A stretch of 64,000 nt of DNA from assembly GCF_009914755.1 (NCBI RefSeq), contig NC_060933.1, one strand, 5' to 3'. A model generated the notes under the pieces. That model was not told where the DNA came from. It searched no databases and was given only the letters and a program-made list of their open reading frames with translations. The position numbers were made by a program, and so were the translations under genes. Numbering within the stretch: the stretch's first letter is position 1; every line of letters begins with the position of its first letter. This document shows, piece by piece, positions 40,276-55,945 of the stretch. The stretch is from the human T2T-CHM13v2.0 reference genome, Homo sapiens.

Positions 40276-42404
40276 ATGTCAACATCTTTTTTTTTTTAAT
40301 TGACTGCTACTTGAATTTCTTAATTCCCCTCAGCCATCCAATGCTATACGCTTTCCAGAGCTAGTCACTAGGCCTCCTGGTATAATATGGTGTGGAAGCC
40401 AGCTGTGATACCTTTCCTGAATCCTTTTAACTGTTACTTTTCAGTAACTGAAATTCCATTGTTATCAATCAGAGTATCTACTATTTCCCAAAACTAAAGA
40501 CAATCTCAGAAATTCTATCTCGGGTCTCAGTTTGCTTGGCTCTGGAATTACTGAACATGAGATACAGTTGAGATAATTCCTGTTGAACTGCAATGTGTAG
40601 AAGACTCACTTTGTGTGTTAAGAATCATATTAGATACTGGTAGATAATTGAAAAATGAGTAAAACTTTGTCCCTGCCCTCAAGTAGGTTAGATAGTCTAG
40701 TGGGATTTCTTATGCATCATCTAACTTTATTGTATAAAATCATCTATAGGGATGTCAGTTATCCATTTTTCACTTTCCTTTAGTCCTAAACTTCCCTTCC
40801 TCTGATCCTAATTTGGGGCTTATAAGTGCCATTTAAAAATCACTCACAGAGAATATCCTTTTGCTGTTCTGTCACTTCTTTTGAGAAAATGTGCAAATAT
40901 CTTGAAATATTCTCCCTACTCCCATTAGTAAATACTATCCGTGAAAAGTAAATCTAGCAAAGCCAAGCCTTCTGTGATGAGAACTATGAAACAAGCCTAT
41001 CCCCAACCTCTGCCTTTTTCAGCTAAAGGCAATGACTATCACCTTTCACTATCGTGTCCATTCACCAATTCTAAAGCCATTGATACACTGTGTGTGTATA
41101 ATTATGTGTGTATAATTATGTATGTATAACATGTAATATATGTATAATGTAATACATTATAATCTCTTAAGAAAATAAGTGAAGATTTTGTAGCTTTCAG
41201 CAAAAATATGCTGCCTCTGTTGGTCTTCAGTTGATACAGGCATCTAGTTACCTCCCAATTTGGACGAACCAAATGGAAATGGAAGTAGGTCTGGAGGAGG
41301 TCTCCAGACCCAGTAGGAAGCTTTCATGAGGAGACAGCATCGCCAATTATTAGTGCACTTAGTACCAAATGCCACAGTGAAGGGTGAGCCTGAGTTCATG
41401 TGAGTGAGCCCAAGCCTGCTAAGTCCACTTCCTGGGCCAACCCTAGACATGCATGAGAACCAGAGGGGCCAATCCCAGAATCCATTCATTTCCATTTACA
41501 GTTCAGGCTTTCAGCAGAATCTGACTGTTTTCAACTTGACTTGGGTTTCTTAGGCACTAAGATGTCTTCAGGAACTCTAAAGACCTCGAGAAGATACTTA
41601 AATAAAAAATGTTTTCATATGCTGGTGACACTTTTATAAAATGGACAAGAAAAGAGGCCCATGAGACCCAGCCGCTCAAGACACGTTGAGGTGGTTTGTC
41701 TCCTTTTCAGACCTCCCCAGTGTGCCTATGAGAGGACAGCAACAGCTACATTTTCTGTCCCTCTTACAGACTCTCAGAAGACAGTTAAAAAGAAGCCCAG
41801 TGCTCTCCAAGGGCGAACAGAGAGACTAAGTTCTTCCCTAAAAACCTATCTTAAATCAACAAAAGGTGAGAGGCAGTGTTGAGGTGGGGGGTGGACATTA
41901 CAGTTAAACAGGACAACTGAGAGCTGGAAAAGGACATTTGGGTTGAAGGATTCAGGAGAGAAATCTGACTGGGGAGCATGCCACTGCCTCATCACTACCT
42001 CTCTTTTCAAAATACAGAATAGCAATCATGTCATGGCAGGTTAGATTATTTTTTTTTTAACTCAGAAGAAAACAGGACCTTTTTTCTTATTTTCCAAGGA
42101 ACAAGGAAAAGGGAAAATTAGGATATATGATTTCCCCTTAAACTTTTAAATAAACAATTTAGTTAATTATTCAAAATGTACACTCCCTCCTCCCCTTTCC
42201 ATGGAAAAGACACGTGAGGAAGAGCCCCATTCCCTGAAGCTGCTCCTTTAACTGGACTAATTCTTTCATTCTTACAGCGCACACCTGAGTGCCAGCTCTG
42301 TTCTAGGAACTGGAGATAAGTGTTGAGAGTGTCTTTGTTCAGTTTCAGGTCTAGTGGATTTTGCAATCTATAGGGACAGCCTAGAATATTCAAAATAAGT
42401 TTTA

Positions 42405-42729
<325 letters not shown>

Positions 42730-44119
42730 AAAATTTAGGCAGGCATCATTCCTGTACTAATCAGGGACTTTCAAGTAGAGCCAAATCCCAAAGATGCAGT
42801 GAACTGTATGCTTTATTTGTGCTAATTTTATTCAATAATAAATATTTGTTGAATTCAAGGAAGCACTGTAGACATGGTGCAGTACATTTCTCTTATTTTT
42901 GAGTAGGTAATAAATACGTACGCATAGTAACAAAATTCAAATAACACACAAAAAAATGCACAACGAAAGGTTGATCTTCCTCTGACTCCACCCCAGGCTG
43001 CCTGTCCTTGCCATGGAGAGAACCATTATTATCAGTTTCTTTATTCAATCTTTTAAAACTGTCACCCAAAGATACCAAAATGTGTGACCAGTGGAAAAGG
43101 ACAAATATCAAATGGTGTAACTGCCAACAAAAAAATCCCCATTTCCACTTCAAGGCACTGATGGTTAGATTGTCTTTTAAAGATTAGATTATTCTGTTTG
43201 TAGTTTCGGTGATCTCACTGCCCTCTGTTCAAAACACCCTCCAACACCATTGAGAAATAGTTTTCTGTATTCTGGGTATTTTGTTTTTTGCATCTGAAGA
43301 TGTATCTACTACTGTGCACAAGTCATGGACAATATCTACATGTGTCTAATCAGCTCCCTACCAAGACTGCAGAGAGGGCTCCTGCAAATCTGAGAATTAG
43401 GCCAAGGCAGCCTGAGCTGTCCCTCACCATGTGCCCCACCTTCCTACCTGTCCATCCATCTCCAATGCCTGTGCCTATACTTAGAGCCAGTTCAGGATGC
43501 AGTCACTGATGCAACATCTCTGTCCTGCTCCTTCTTCCTCATCTTTAAAATTTACCTTGTCTGTTTTTCCTTCTGTAGAAAGCTGATCTCAGAGCTAAGT
43601 AATGTCAGTGGAACTATCTCTGGACTTGAGGCCAAAAAAACTAAATCTGATTCCTGGAACTGCATTACAGCTTGTAAACTCTATGGCATCAGGCACTTAA
43701 CTTTATGTCCCTGAATGTCTGTAGAGGCAATATTACTTGCCCTGTCTTCCTCATTTAGTCCACGGTCTTTCTTTTCACCCTGAATCTTACTATCATCCTG
43801 GGTGACTTCAGTGTCCATGTGGTTGGGTTTGACCATTAGCATTTCATCAGTATCCCATGGAAGTCCCATTCGATACCCTGGCTGAAATCTGACTGCTCTC
43901 ATGCCAATTGGCCTCCCTACCCCGATTACATTCTGACCCCTGTTACTATCAAGAACAGCTCTACCTCTAAACTGTGAATTCACATTCCACTCTCTCATAA
44001 CAATATTGTGTTGTTTCAGTTCCTACAGCATCTGTCCCGTACTTTATCTCTATCATAGTACTACCACCTTTGTCATGAAATAATTTTTGACTGAACATTT
44101 AACATCTGCCTCCACTTAA

Positions 44120-44421
<302 letters not shown>

Positions 44422-44657
44422 CAGATTTTAAAGTCCATAAAAGTGGGGTCTTTTTAGTCATCAGCTCAGGCTGTAGCACAGCCTTTCACATAGTAAATGC
44501 CCTAAAATATTCATGTAATAATAAATGAATAATGTAATTAATTGATTAACATATATAAATTCTTTGTCTTCATTTTCTTCCCTATCCCACTTTAATTCCA
44601 TGGTCCATCACTTCAAACTTTTGCAATATTTTCCCTAGTCCCTTTTTTATTCTCTCA

Positions 44658-45014
<357 letters not shown>

Positions 45015-47669
45015 TCATCTTAACTGGGCCCACGCCTGGGATAGGGAGTGCTTTTAGAGACACAGACAAAATGGGCAAAAATGGATTCTATACAAATTTC
45101 CTTCTGTCTCAACGGAACCCTCAACTCTGCTCACCAATCCTTCTCATTCCTCTATTCAACTCACTTTTCATTTTCCATGTGGGTTAGTGAAAATCTTCTC
45201 TAATTACCTAAAACCTTTGACTGCTCTGCCTCTTTCCTCGTTTTTGATAGATGACCCCTTTTTCTGCAGAGAAAGATAGAACCCATCAGATAAGTGAGTC
45301 TCCTTACATTTGACCATCAAACCACACCAGTTCGTTTCTCCTTTCCACACTGCTGTTGGAATCACATCCTTTCCAACCACTTTACTCCATAGTCTACCCT
45401 GAATGGTCAAACTTTTGCACTCCACTGGATGCTTTTATATAATGTTTGATCATTTCAAATTTTCTTGATTCCATAGAAGTTTTCAGGTTCTGTACTTCAG
45501 TGTTGTCTTCTGCGTTTTCCAGTCAAATATTGGCAAGCTTTCTCCCAATCCAACCTCTACTTTCTCACATCCACTTCTGGATTTACAAGGGAGACATCTC
45601 CTCCATGTCACTGAGATGTATTTGGGACTCTGAAAAGCCAAGTTCCTTCTTGATTCGGCTATTCGGTGATTCCTCGGGCTTGTCTTAATTTGGGTACATG
45701 CATATCTTTCTAACAAGGAAGAGAGGATCCTCAAGGGCAGGGATTATGTTTGCTGGAGACTACATTGTCAGCAACTTTGAGAAAAGGGATTTTGTTTAAT
45801 GCATTTTTCTGTTTCTTTTCCATTCCTGGTCCCTCAGTCTACATTTAGGAGGTGAATGGATGTTTGTTTTGACATACTGAGTCCAATAAAAATGCGAAAG
45901 GAAACTTCTGACATAGGCCCTTGTTGTGTTTTACTTTCTAAGAAGTATCGCTTTGTCCTGGATAACTTATACTTAATTCTCTGTGTTTAGATTCTATTTT
46001 AAAATCAAATTTCCATGGAATCTGGGACTAAACCATTCTTCATTTCCCAGCCTGGCCACAGTCTCAGAGCAGGCCTTAGAACATTGTCACACCAGCCACA
46101 GTTCCCAGGCATGTCTCCCCTGAAGGATAATCACACTCCTAAAAAAGGTAATTCATGCCAGAGGACTATATGTCTGTTGGGTAACTTTATGCAGCTTGTA
46201 AATTGTTTTACTCCAGTTGGAGCATGGGGGTGGTGTATCACCAACAGAAATGAGTGTAGGGGGCATCTGTCTGAAAACTGTTCCCCCACTGGCCACCTTG
46301 CCAGTTTCTGCTTATACAATGCAGGCAGCTTGGGGGAACCATATTGTCCCTATAAGCTCATAACACATGGACAAATGATTAAAAACACATGGAAAACAGT
46401 TCCACAGCTAAGCTAAAATTCAGATGGGAATGGAAAATCAACTTGCAAAGCTTTCAACTGACTCAGGGCCAAATGTAGGACAGAATGTGAGGAGAAGTTG
46501 CCAAAAGAGAGGAAAGTTGGGGAAAAAAGCAAGTCATGGATAGGAAACCTAAAACAATGACGCCTTGTATTGACAACGCTTCTCTAAGGCTCTCCAAGAG
46601 TAGTACCAAATTCAACTCTTCGGAAATATTAAGACCTTCACTTCATGAAAGAGTTTAGACAGATTTATATTTTCTACCCTCTATACACAAGAGTTGGCTT
46701 GACTATCTTGGCAACACCTAGGCAGAAACATAATCTTAAGTATCTTAAGTAACATAAATATTAAAAGATTACACATTTTTCCTCCGAGGTGTGGGAATTA
46801 AGTAACAAGGTGGCATGAGGCAAACTGTGAAAAATTGTGACAATAAAATGAAAAGCAAAGCACAATTTTCCGGTCAGGGTTTGCCTTCTGTTGTACCTGA
46901 TGCTGGGCCCAGGTTTGCCATCAAGCTGGCAGGCCTTAGTCACATTCGCAAAAGTTCAACTTGGTTCAAATCTTAAACTCTAAGAAGCCTGTTATTTGTG
47001 TCTAGTCACTAAAATCACCTCAGTGATTCTACTGGGTAGGAAATCTATAAGCAAGAAAATAATTTACTGGGAGCCAGTCCCTGCTGGGCCATTCTGTGTA
47101 GCTTCTGCCCTGAATCCTTACTGACTCCCACATACGCTGAACCACCTTTCTCTCTGATGAGCAGCACTTAGACCTTCAAATGTTGATTTGGGGCATGATT
47201 TGCAAACAGTCCTCCTCAATATATGCAACAAATGTGTTCTTTCAATGCTGAATGTAAAAGGAAGTTTTGAAAATATGGCTCCATGGAGGAGCTATGCTCT
47301 TTGGGCAATAGAAAATATCACCCAAGTCCAATCCATTAACAAAGCAAATAGGATCATCCTTTCTGTCAAGTGAAAAACTATTCCCTAATTTATCTCTCTT
47401 TAGAATGAGATTTGTGTATCATTGATCACATCTGAAAGCAAGATGTCCTGGGGTTTTAGAAAGGACTCCCTTAGTCATGTGGATTCCTCTGAGAACTGAA
47501 AACACATGTTGAACACAAATGTCCTAGCACACAGGAAAGTTCTCACTTGTGATATGGCAACTTAAAACCCTAATTCTCCCACCCCCAGCTCCTCCTTCCT
47601 GCTGGGGTTGGTTACTGGTGAGAACAAGCACTGCTTGAAGTTGTCACCCTATTCCAAGTGTGGTCAATA

Positions 47670-48595
47670 CTATTCCATTGTAGTCAAAAAACATATTTTG
47701 TATGACTTGAATCCTTTAAAATTTATGGAGACTTATTTTATGTCCCAGAATATGGTCTGCCTAGTAAATATGTCATGTGCACTTGAAAATAATGTACATT
47801 CTGCTGTTGTTGGATAGAATATGCTATAAATTTCAATTAAGTTAACTTTGTTAATAGTGTCCATGCTTCTATACTCTGATTTTTCTGTCTACTTATTCCC
47901 TCAATTATTGAGAAAGAGGTATTGACATTTCTGACTGTAAGTATAGATTTATCTATTTTTCTTTGAAGTTCTACCACATTTTGCTTCGTGCATTTTAAAA
48001 CTTTGTTATTAGTAGGCAGGGCGCAGTGGCTCACACCTGAAATCCCAGCACCTTGGGAGGCCAAGGTAGGCGCATCACCTGAGGTCAGGAGTTCACCAGC
48101 CTGGCCAACACGGTGAAACCCTGTCTCTTCTAAAAATACAAAAATTAGCCAGGCATGGTGGCGGGTGCCTGTAATCCCAGCTACTCAGGGGGCTGAGGCA
48201 GAATAATTGCTTGAACCCAGGAGGCAGAGGTTGCAGTGAGCCAAGACCACACCGCTGCATTCCAGCCTGGGGCAACAAGAGCAAAACTCCATCTCAGAAG
48301 AACAAACAACAAACAAACACACAAACAAACAAAACTTTATTAGTACATAAATGTTTAGAATTATTATGTTCTCTTGATGTATTGACCTATTGACCCACTA
48401 ACATTATGAAATAAGCTTCTTTATTCTTGGCAATATTCTTTGCTCTAAAATTTGCTGTGTTTGGTATTAATCTATCCATTCCAGCTTTCTTTTGATGAGT
48501 TTTAGTATGGTATATCTTTTTCCATTCTTTTACTTTTAATGTGTTTATTTATGTTTAAAGTATGTTCCTTGCAGGCAGCATATAGCTGGATTCAA
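47670..48595 (-). mobile_element. Old L1M fragment (endonuclease region) interrupted by an Alu
   Basis: gcacttgaaaataatgtacattctgctgttgttgga and ttccattcttttacttttaat are typical antisense L1M sequence. Confidence 0.75.
48015..48331 (+). mobile_element. AluS
   Basis: Full Alu; TSD-like aaaactttgttattagta / aaaactttattagta. Confidence 0.94.
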
Positions 48596-49204
48596 ACTTT
48601 TTTTTTTTTTTCTGTAGGATAAGTTGAGATTGACTGCTTTTGGAAAGCAAAAATACACATGGGGATAGAAGCGAAAGGTGAACTCATACGTCATTGCTTG
48701 GAAAAAGTGTTGGGGGTTACCATGAGGCCTTTAATGGAAGTGTTGGTTGATTTTTGTTCCTTTCTGTCTTAAGATAAACTAAACTTTATTGCCTAACAGA
48801 ATATAAGACCTATAAAAACTGCTCAAAATGAAGTTATATGTGTAAGTTATGAGGATAGTATATTCATTTCCTGCACGATCCTGTTCTAAAGGCTTGTAAA
48901 ATTAATTTTGAGAAAATCACGGTGTTCTGCACACTACAGACATCCAGACACACTTTGCCATTAGTAATAGTCCCCCCGTGATTGATAGAGAGAAAGGAGA
49001 GGAAGATCAATAAAACAGTACCATAAATTTAAAATATGTCAAATCAGCATTTTGTTCCCTTTAACTAACTATATAAACAAATAAACAAAAGCCCGGGTGA
49101 GACATGGGGCAAAGACGGAGTAATGTATCTTGGATAAGCAAGAGAAACATATAGCTACATCAACCCATTTATAGCTTTTTAAAATAAAATTTATATGGTG
49201 ATTT

Positions 49205-49525
49205 TAATCACATTTTTATTGAGATACACTTCACATAAAATTTACCATTTAAAACAGTATACTTCAGTGGTTTTTAGTATATCCACTGTTTCTGCAACGA
49301 TTACCACTACAACTATTATAACTCCAGAATATTTCCATCATCTCAAAAAGAAACTCCGTACCTATTGGCAGTTAGTCCCAATCCTCCTTCCCCGACCTGG
49401 AAATCACTAATCTATTTTCTGTCTTTATAGATTTGTCTATTCTGAACATTTCATATGAATGGAATCACAAAATATGTGACCCTTTGTGTCTGCCTTTTGC
49501 TTATGATAGTGTTTTCAAGTATACG
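49205..49525 (-). mobile_element. L1MB-type 3' end fragment
   Basis: tttattgagatacacttcacataaaatttaccatttaaa...ctattctgaacatttcatatgaatggaatcac. Confidence 0.75.
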
Positions 49526-50384
49526 GTGAATTTTATTATACTCATCATTCAAAGATGAGTATATTTTACTTGAATATAATAAAACTATCTGCTCAGAATG
49601 CTAATAGATATGTGGAATAATTAGAAAAGATTCAGCCTAAAATGTGGAAGACCTCAGTTCTAGTGCTGATTTCTTCACACAGTAACTTTCTCTGTTGTAA
49701 CATAAGAGTATTAAATAAGATGATATCAAAGGTATCTCTCTTTAATTTCTGTTATTCTAGGAATCCCTAAAATACAGAGACATGTACTCATCATTTTGGA
49801 AAAAGTAGTTGTTACAAAATCAATTAACTAGATATAAAAACTTTAGTTCCTAACTTGATTCTGGAGACAGAAAATTTGAGACGGCTGCTATCAATAACAC
49901 TTTGACCTGATTAAAAGTTAGGAAGTTAATATCAGTTTCTTAATCAAGAAAGAAATATAACAAAATTCAGCCTGAGCTGTTTGTATCTGTGTGTTTCCCT
50001 TCAATTAGGAAAAGGGATAATGTAATCACTGATTTCCACTGTGACTTCCTTCCTGATAAAAAGCTTGAGGTGTAAAAAGCTATTATAAATTTGCATATAT
50101 ATGCTATGCTTTTATACTTCTGTTTTTATCTTATTCCCTACAATAGCTCCAGTATCTGGAACAATGTCAGTTGCATGGTTGGCATGCCATGTTCAATATT
50201 TGTCAAATGAATGGTGGTTGGATGTATGGACACATGGAAGCGATACAACGAAAGGCTGGTCTGACCAATAAAGATAAAAAACATGTTGACTTTTCTCCTC
50301 CATCCCTTGCTAAATAGAATCACTAAAATCCAAAACCCATGTGCCCCCAGGAATAAGATAAAACGTTAAAAGCTAAAGGAAAGT

Positions 50385-53108
50385 GTCTCAGAACTTAAAA
50401 CAAGTTTATTAATTTTGCTACAACACTAGATGTAGTACATTTAATATGCTGCTTTGTTGCAGAAATTAATCAGCACCAGTTTATGGTTTAAATTATACAG
50501 TACCATAATGTAAATTAAAATATGTGCATATCTTTTTGGTTGTATTAAAAATAAACAAAAACAGAAGTTAAATTAATGTCACCTGGTTCATTTTCACCAC
50601 TTCTTGGAAGGAGATGAAATGATTATCATATGTTGCTTAAGTTTATTGTTAGCAAATAGATGCTATGTTTTTGTTAAAGACCAAACAATCAGAAGATTCT
50701 GAAAAGCTAGACACTATTGAGCTGGACTGACGCCCCTGGACACAGTGGGCCTTTTCCTGAGGTGGTATTGAAGTTTGGGGAGAAAAGCTGGGTACATTCA
50801 GGTCCTTCTTGACGCTTTCCTTCCTAGCTACCATCAGTTCCCATCCTCTTCTGTTCAACCCATCTCATCTCTCTCTCCCGTAATCTCTCATTCCCATTCT
50901 ACCCATTACTCCAATTCCTTCCTTCCCACTCCCATCAGAAACTATCAATCAAGGCAGAGGGAACCTTGACAATCATTTACTTCTTTTCCCCCTGAGTCAA
51001 AGCTCAATTGTAAGAATAAAATGAAGGTTGTGATGAATACCGCCCATCACCCAAACTTGCCTGAATTTCTATTTTTATCTTCTTAAAATGACTTGGATTT
51101 TCTAATTTGATTAATGCTTTCATGATCAGGAATATTTTTAAATATTCTTGTAGCATTTCTAATTGTTATAAAAATCAAAACACTCTTTATGCTAACATTT
51201 GCAATTAGTTCAGTATCATTTATCATTTATATTGCAGAAATGTATAATAAATCTGCCATGCTGACAAGGTTCTACACAGTTGACATAGTTCTAGATTTCC
51301 AGTTTTAGATGGTTTATATAGTTTTAGAGTTCCAGTGGAAGGAGTGGCCCTTGAATCCCTCATTTCCCAAACTTCTACTTCCTTCCTAGGACTTAACCCT
51401 TTAGGTAAACAACTATTTTTTCTTTAGCCCAAATCTCACATTTCCATACTGCAAGAAGCCTGTGGACCAGAAGGAATTTGAAAGGAGCTGGTAAGAGGAT
51501 AGGTGTGGCATCTTTTGGTTAAATGCCAGAAACTGCTTGTGTCTCACAGAGAACCTGTACATTATGCCAATCTGGAGCCCACCTGCGACATCTCAGGTAA
51601 GGACCCTCTGACACTATAATTATGTTTAGATTTAAGTAATAGACAGAATGTCTGGATCATATTCCAATATCTCTTTCTAAATGTTTCTATTAATTACAAC
51701 CTTGATAAATGAACTGAAATAAAAAAAGCTTGCCATGTTTTTATATCCCAGAAACTGAACTGACTTTCTTCAAGCAGTTTTAGTGTCTACAACACTCAAG
51801 GTATTTTTATAATAAAACCAGCACCAGAGCTCTAGCCTACTTGATAACCCCAATTTGATTCTGAAGTTACATTGGTGCTCATAGAGCAAGTGACATTTGG
51901 CACAACCATATTTCTCAGTGATTATGAAAAGAGAAAAACTTTAAATAAATGTTTCAGACATTCTAATTTCCTATAACTGTTAAACCTTGATTTCAGAAGG
52001 GAGTTCTGGTAACGCTGCAACATACTTCATTGTTACAAAAATGTTCCACTCACCTGAGATTATAAATTAATAAGGTACCTTTCCGTTAGAGAATCTAGTT
52101 AACATGGCATTTCTGCAAATATTCAAGATTTAAGGTGGCTCAAAATTCCTCAAAATCCTTTCCGAGAATGTAGGCTTTCAGGGGCTCTGTTTTCGGTATT
52201 ATTTTTCTCTGTTCATCAGCACAGTTCATCAGGACATTTCTGAGGAAGCAGTATTTTTCTTCCATGTGTCAACCATCATTCATATATACTCCTTATCCCA
52301 AGTGTCCCTGAGAAATGCTTGTCAGTACAATAAACACAGAGGAACAGATTATGTTACTTGAAATTTCTCATGACTCTGTAAGGCTGGGGAAACCCAATCA
52401 TTAGCTTTGGGATGGTACAATGCCAACACTCAAATTGGAAAGGGAGATCTGTTTCATGAATAGTGATGAGTAGAACTCTGAGTACAGCCAGCCCCCCGAA
52501 TTCTTACCTGAACTACAGCTTTGTAGATGAGCCTCCACCTACAAGATTCTTTCATCTAAAGTCTTTCTTTTTCATCATAGAAAATTCTCTTTTTCAACCC
52601 CAGCCTCTAATCTTAGATTTCACATTTAAAGGGCTCCAAAGGGACAACTTTGCGGTTCAACTTTGGTTTAATGAACTAGTAGAGTTAGCTTCACTCAGAC
52701 TAAAGTGGTAGGAGCACCTACGATACATATTTCAGAATAAATTCATTAGAGGTAACGGGACCAAAAATTTTTTTTAAAAAAATCCAAGGACTATGAGACT
52801 GGTGCTCCCTGAGATTTGGAATGGGGTAAGGGTGAGGGTCTTCTGGAATAAACAAACCTTACACTTTATAATACTGCTGGCATTTATTTTAAAAGGTATT
52901 GAGATACAAAAATTGTATCTTATCTTGTAAAAAATATTTATTTATCAATCTTTCTGGCACTATTAAAAATGTCCCATTTTCACTAGACAGAATCACAAAG
53001 GTATACCCACTCAATCATAACAATTTGTTTTCTATGGAGCAATATTCACAGATCCTGTGAATAAATAGGTGACAAACTCCAGGTGGCCCCCTGTAGGGTC
53101 TGTTATAT
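50385..53108 (-). other. FREM1: FREM1 3' UTR with candidate proximal and distal polyadenylation signals
   Basis: Follows TAA at 53111-53109; minus-strand AATAAA at 52942-52937, 52888-52883 and 50410-50405. Distal extent is inferred. Confidence 0.6.
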
Positions 53109-53363
<255 letters not shown>

Positions 53364-54440
53364 TCATATCCAGCTGTTGCTCTAAGCTCAGTTATCACAT
53401 GCAAGTGTGGGCCCAGGTTCTAAAACAAGGGATAGGAACTTGGAATACTCTAAGACAAAAACGGTCAAACAAATCCCAGTCCAATTCTAGCTCTACCACT
53501 TACTTGCTAGATGAGCATCTTTGGGCAGGTTACTTAACCTCTCTGAGTTTCAGTTTCCTCATCTAAGGAATGGGCATAAAAATAGTACATCTAGGGTTGT
53601 TTTGAGGATTAAAAAAGATAATGCATGTAAAGCTCTTGGCATATATAAGTGTTTAATAAATGGCAGCTATTATTATTATTCATATCATCCTACATGCAGA
53701 ACTCCTATCACAGGGAAACAGATATTCTCTTGCATATTATTTTTCTTCCTCATTATTTAAATGTCCTGGTTTTCATATTTGAAAGTAGCTTACTATGTAT
53801 TATTTTGAGTCTGGAGCTTAAGATGTTTCAATCTGCTACAATTCCAATAAAAAGCAGATTTTCTCGACTTGCCTCTCTACCTCCACTGGCAAATTTTGCA
53901 AATTACACTTTAATGTTGTAAAGCTTCTGTAATATTTTCTTAAGCATTCCCCTACTCACTCTCTTTCATAATAGAAATAAAAAAGAATAAAATGAGAAAG
54001 GAACTCCCTGCCATAGCATGATCCGACATTCCCCAAATCAAATTTGACCATGAAAACAGTCCTAGATACATAACATTTTACCTTCCCCAACTGTTTTTCA
54101 GTCTGTATTTTTGGGTGGAATGAAATGAAATACTTTTGGTTAGGAATGCCCTCCCTGAATTATTGATTAGTGACATTCTGCCTAAGCATATTGTGAGGAC
54201 AGAGCCTTGCAGTGAGTCATTATGGATGTAGAGAAAACTTATCCTCCAGCTTGTCTCTTAATACTCAGTTCATTTCAGAATTTAGGGACCCACTGAGCAC
54301 TGCAGAAATAGTGAAAGCCAAGAGAGGGAACTATTACAGTTCCCTCAAATACAACGCCTTTAAAGAGAAGTAGTGGGGATACTGACTTTGATGCGCCCTG
54401 AAAATTCTGTTTTTAAAGTGGTTTAAAAGATTTGTCATTT

Positions 54441-54742
54441 GGCCGGGTGCGGTGGCTCATGCCTGCAATTCCAGCATTTTGGGAGACCGAGGCAGGTGGA
54501 TCACCTGAGGTCAGGAGTTCGAGACCAGCCTGGCCAACATGGTGAAACCCCGTCTCTACTAAAAATACAAAACTTAGCCAGGTGTGGTAGTGGGCACCTG
54601 TAATCCCAGCTACTCAGGTGGCTGAGGGAGGAGAATTGCTTGAACCCAGGGGGCGGAAGTTGCAGTGAGCCAAGATTGCACCACTCTACTCCAGCCTGGG
54701 TGACACAGTGAGATTCTGTCTCAAAAAAAAAAAAAAAAAAAA
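54441..54742 (+). mobile_element. AluS
   Basis: Full Alu, A20 tail, TSD-like aaaagatttgtcatt / aaaagatttattatt. Confidence 0.96.
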
Positions 54743-54814
54743 GATTTATTATTGTTAAAACTGTAGAAAATATTAAGACTTCAGAAAAGAGGGAATAAAA
54801 TTAAAATCACCTAT

Positions 54815-55116
<302 letters not shown>

Positions 55117-55157
55117 TACCTATAATTCTTGACTGGAGGTAAGTCATTTCTAATTAT

Positions 55158-55300
55158 TTGGAATATATATATATATATATATATATAATTCATATATATA
55201 TATTCATATATATATGAATATATGTATATATTCCAATATGTAAATATTATATATATTTATATATACAAATATAATATATATTTATATTTATACATACACC
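55158..55300. repeat. (TA)n-rich low-complexity tract
   Basis: Directly visible. Confidence 0.9.
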
Positions 55301-55859
55301 ACATGCATATAATTGTTTTTATTCTAAATTATTTCATACTTTATATGGATGTGGACCCTGCATTTTCACTTTGCACCTTGCCATAAATGGAATACACTTT
55401 ACATTTTATATGTAATATAATGTGCATCCAACATATATTTGTTAAATGAATTAATAAACGTAAGGCAATTTTTCATGTCTTTATTATTTAATGGCTTGCA
55501 AAAACATTAAATCTTACATATTCCTTCATGTGGCTGTACTATAATTTATTTAACCATTCTTTAGTTATAGCAATTTCTAATTTTTTGGTTTTAGAAATGT
55601 TATTGCATTGAATTCTCTTGCCTGTCAATCTGACCACATTCCTATTTATTTCTTTGGGATAGATGTCTAAAAATGAAAGTAGTGTGTCAAAAAAAAGGTT
55701 TAAGATGAGTTTTAAAAGATAAATGGCTAGATCTATTGGTTGCCTATTATTGTAAACCACTATCATTTAACCCATGGAAGGAAGTAGCAGGGTGGTGGTG
55801 CCTGTTTGTTTCATGTCCTTGCCTCCCTCCTCAGTGCAGCCTCCCTCCCAGATACTTGC

Positions 55860-55945
55860 CTATCCAAAAGGACTTTCTCCCACCAATGTCCCAGAGCCAC
55901 CGCATGTGCTGCCTGGAGAATACAGTTACAAGGTTGCCCAGGTAT
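55860..55945 (-). CDS. FREM1: FREM1 penultimate coding exon (86 nt)
   Basis: tttag|A TAC CTG...TGG ATA G|gcaagt; [28 protein letters not shown](G); phases fit both neighbours only with the GC donor. Confidence 0.94.

Noticed and set aside
48598-49180. Poly(T) followed by unique-looking sequence as a possible retrocopy or L1 transduction
   Set aside because: No TSD, ORF or recognisable parent found; the T-run may belong to the adjacent L1M.
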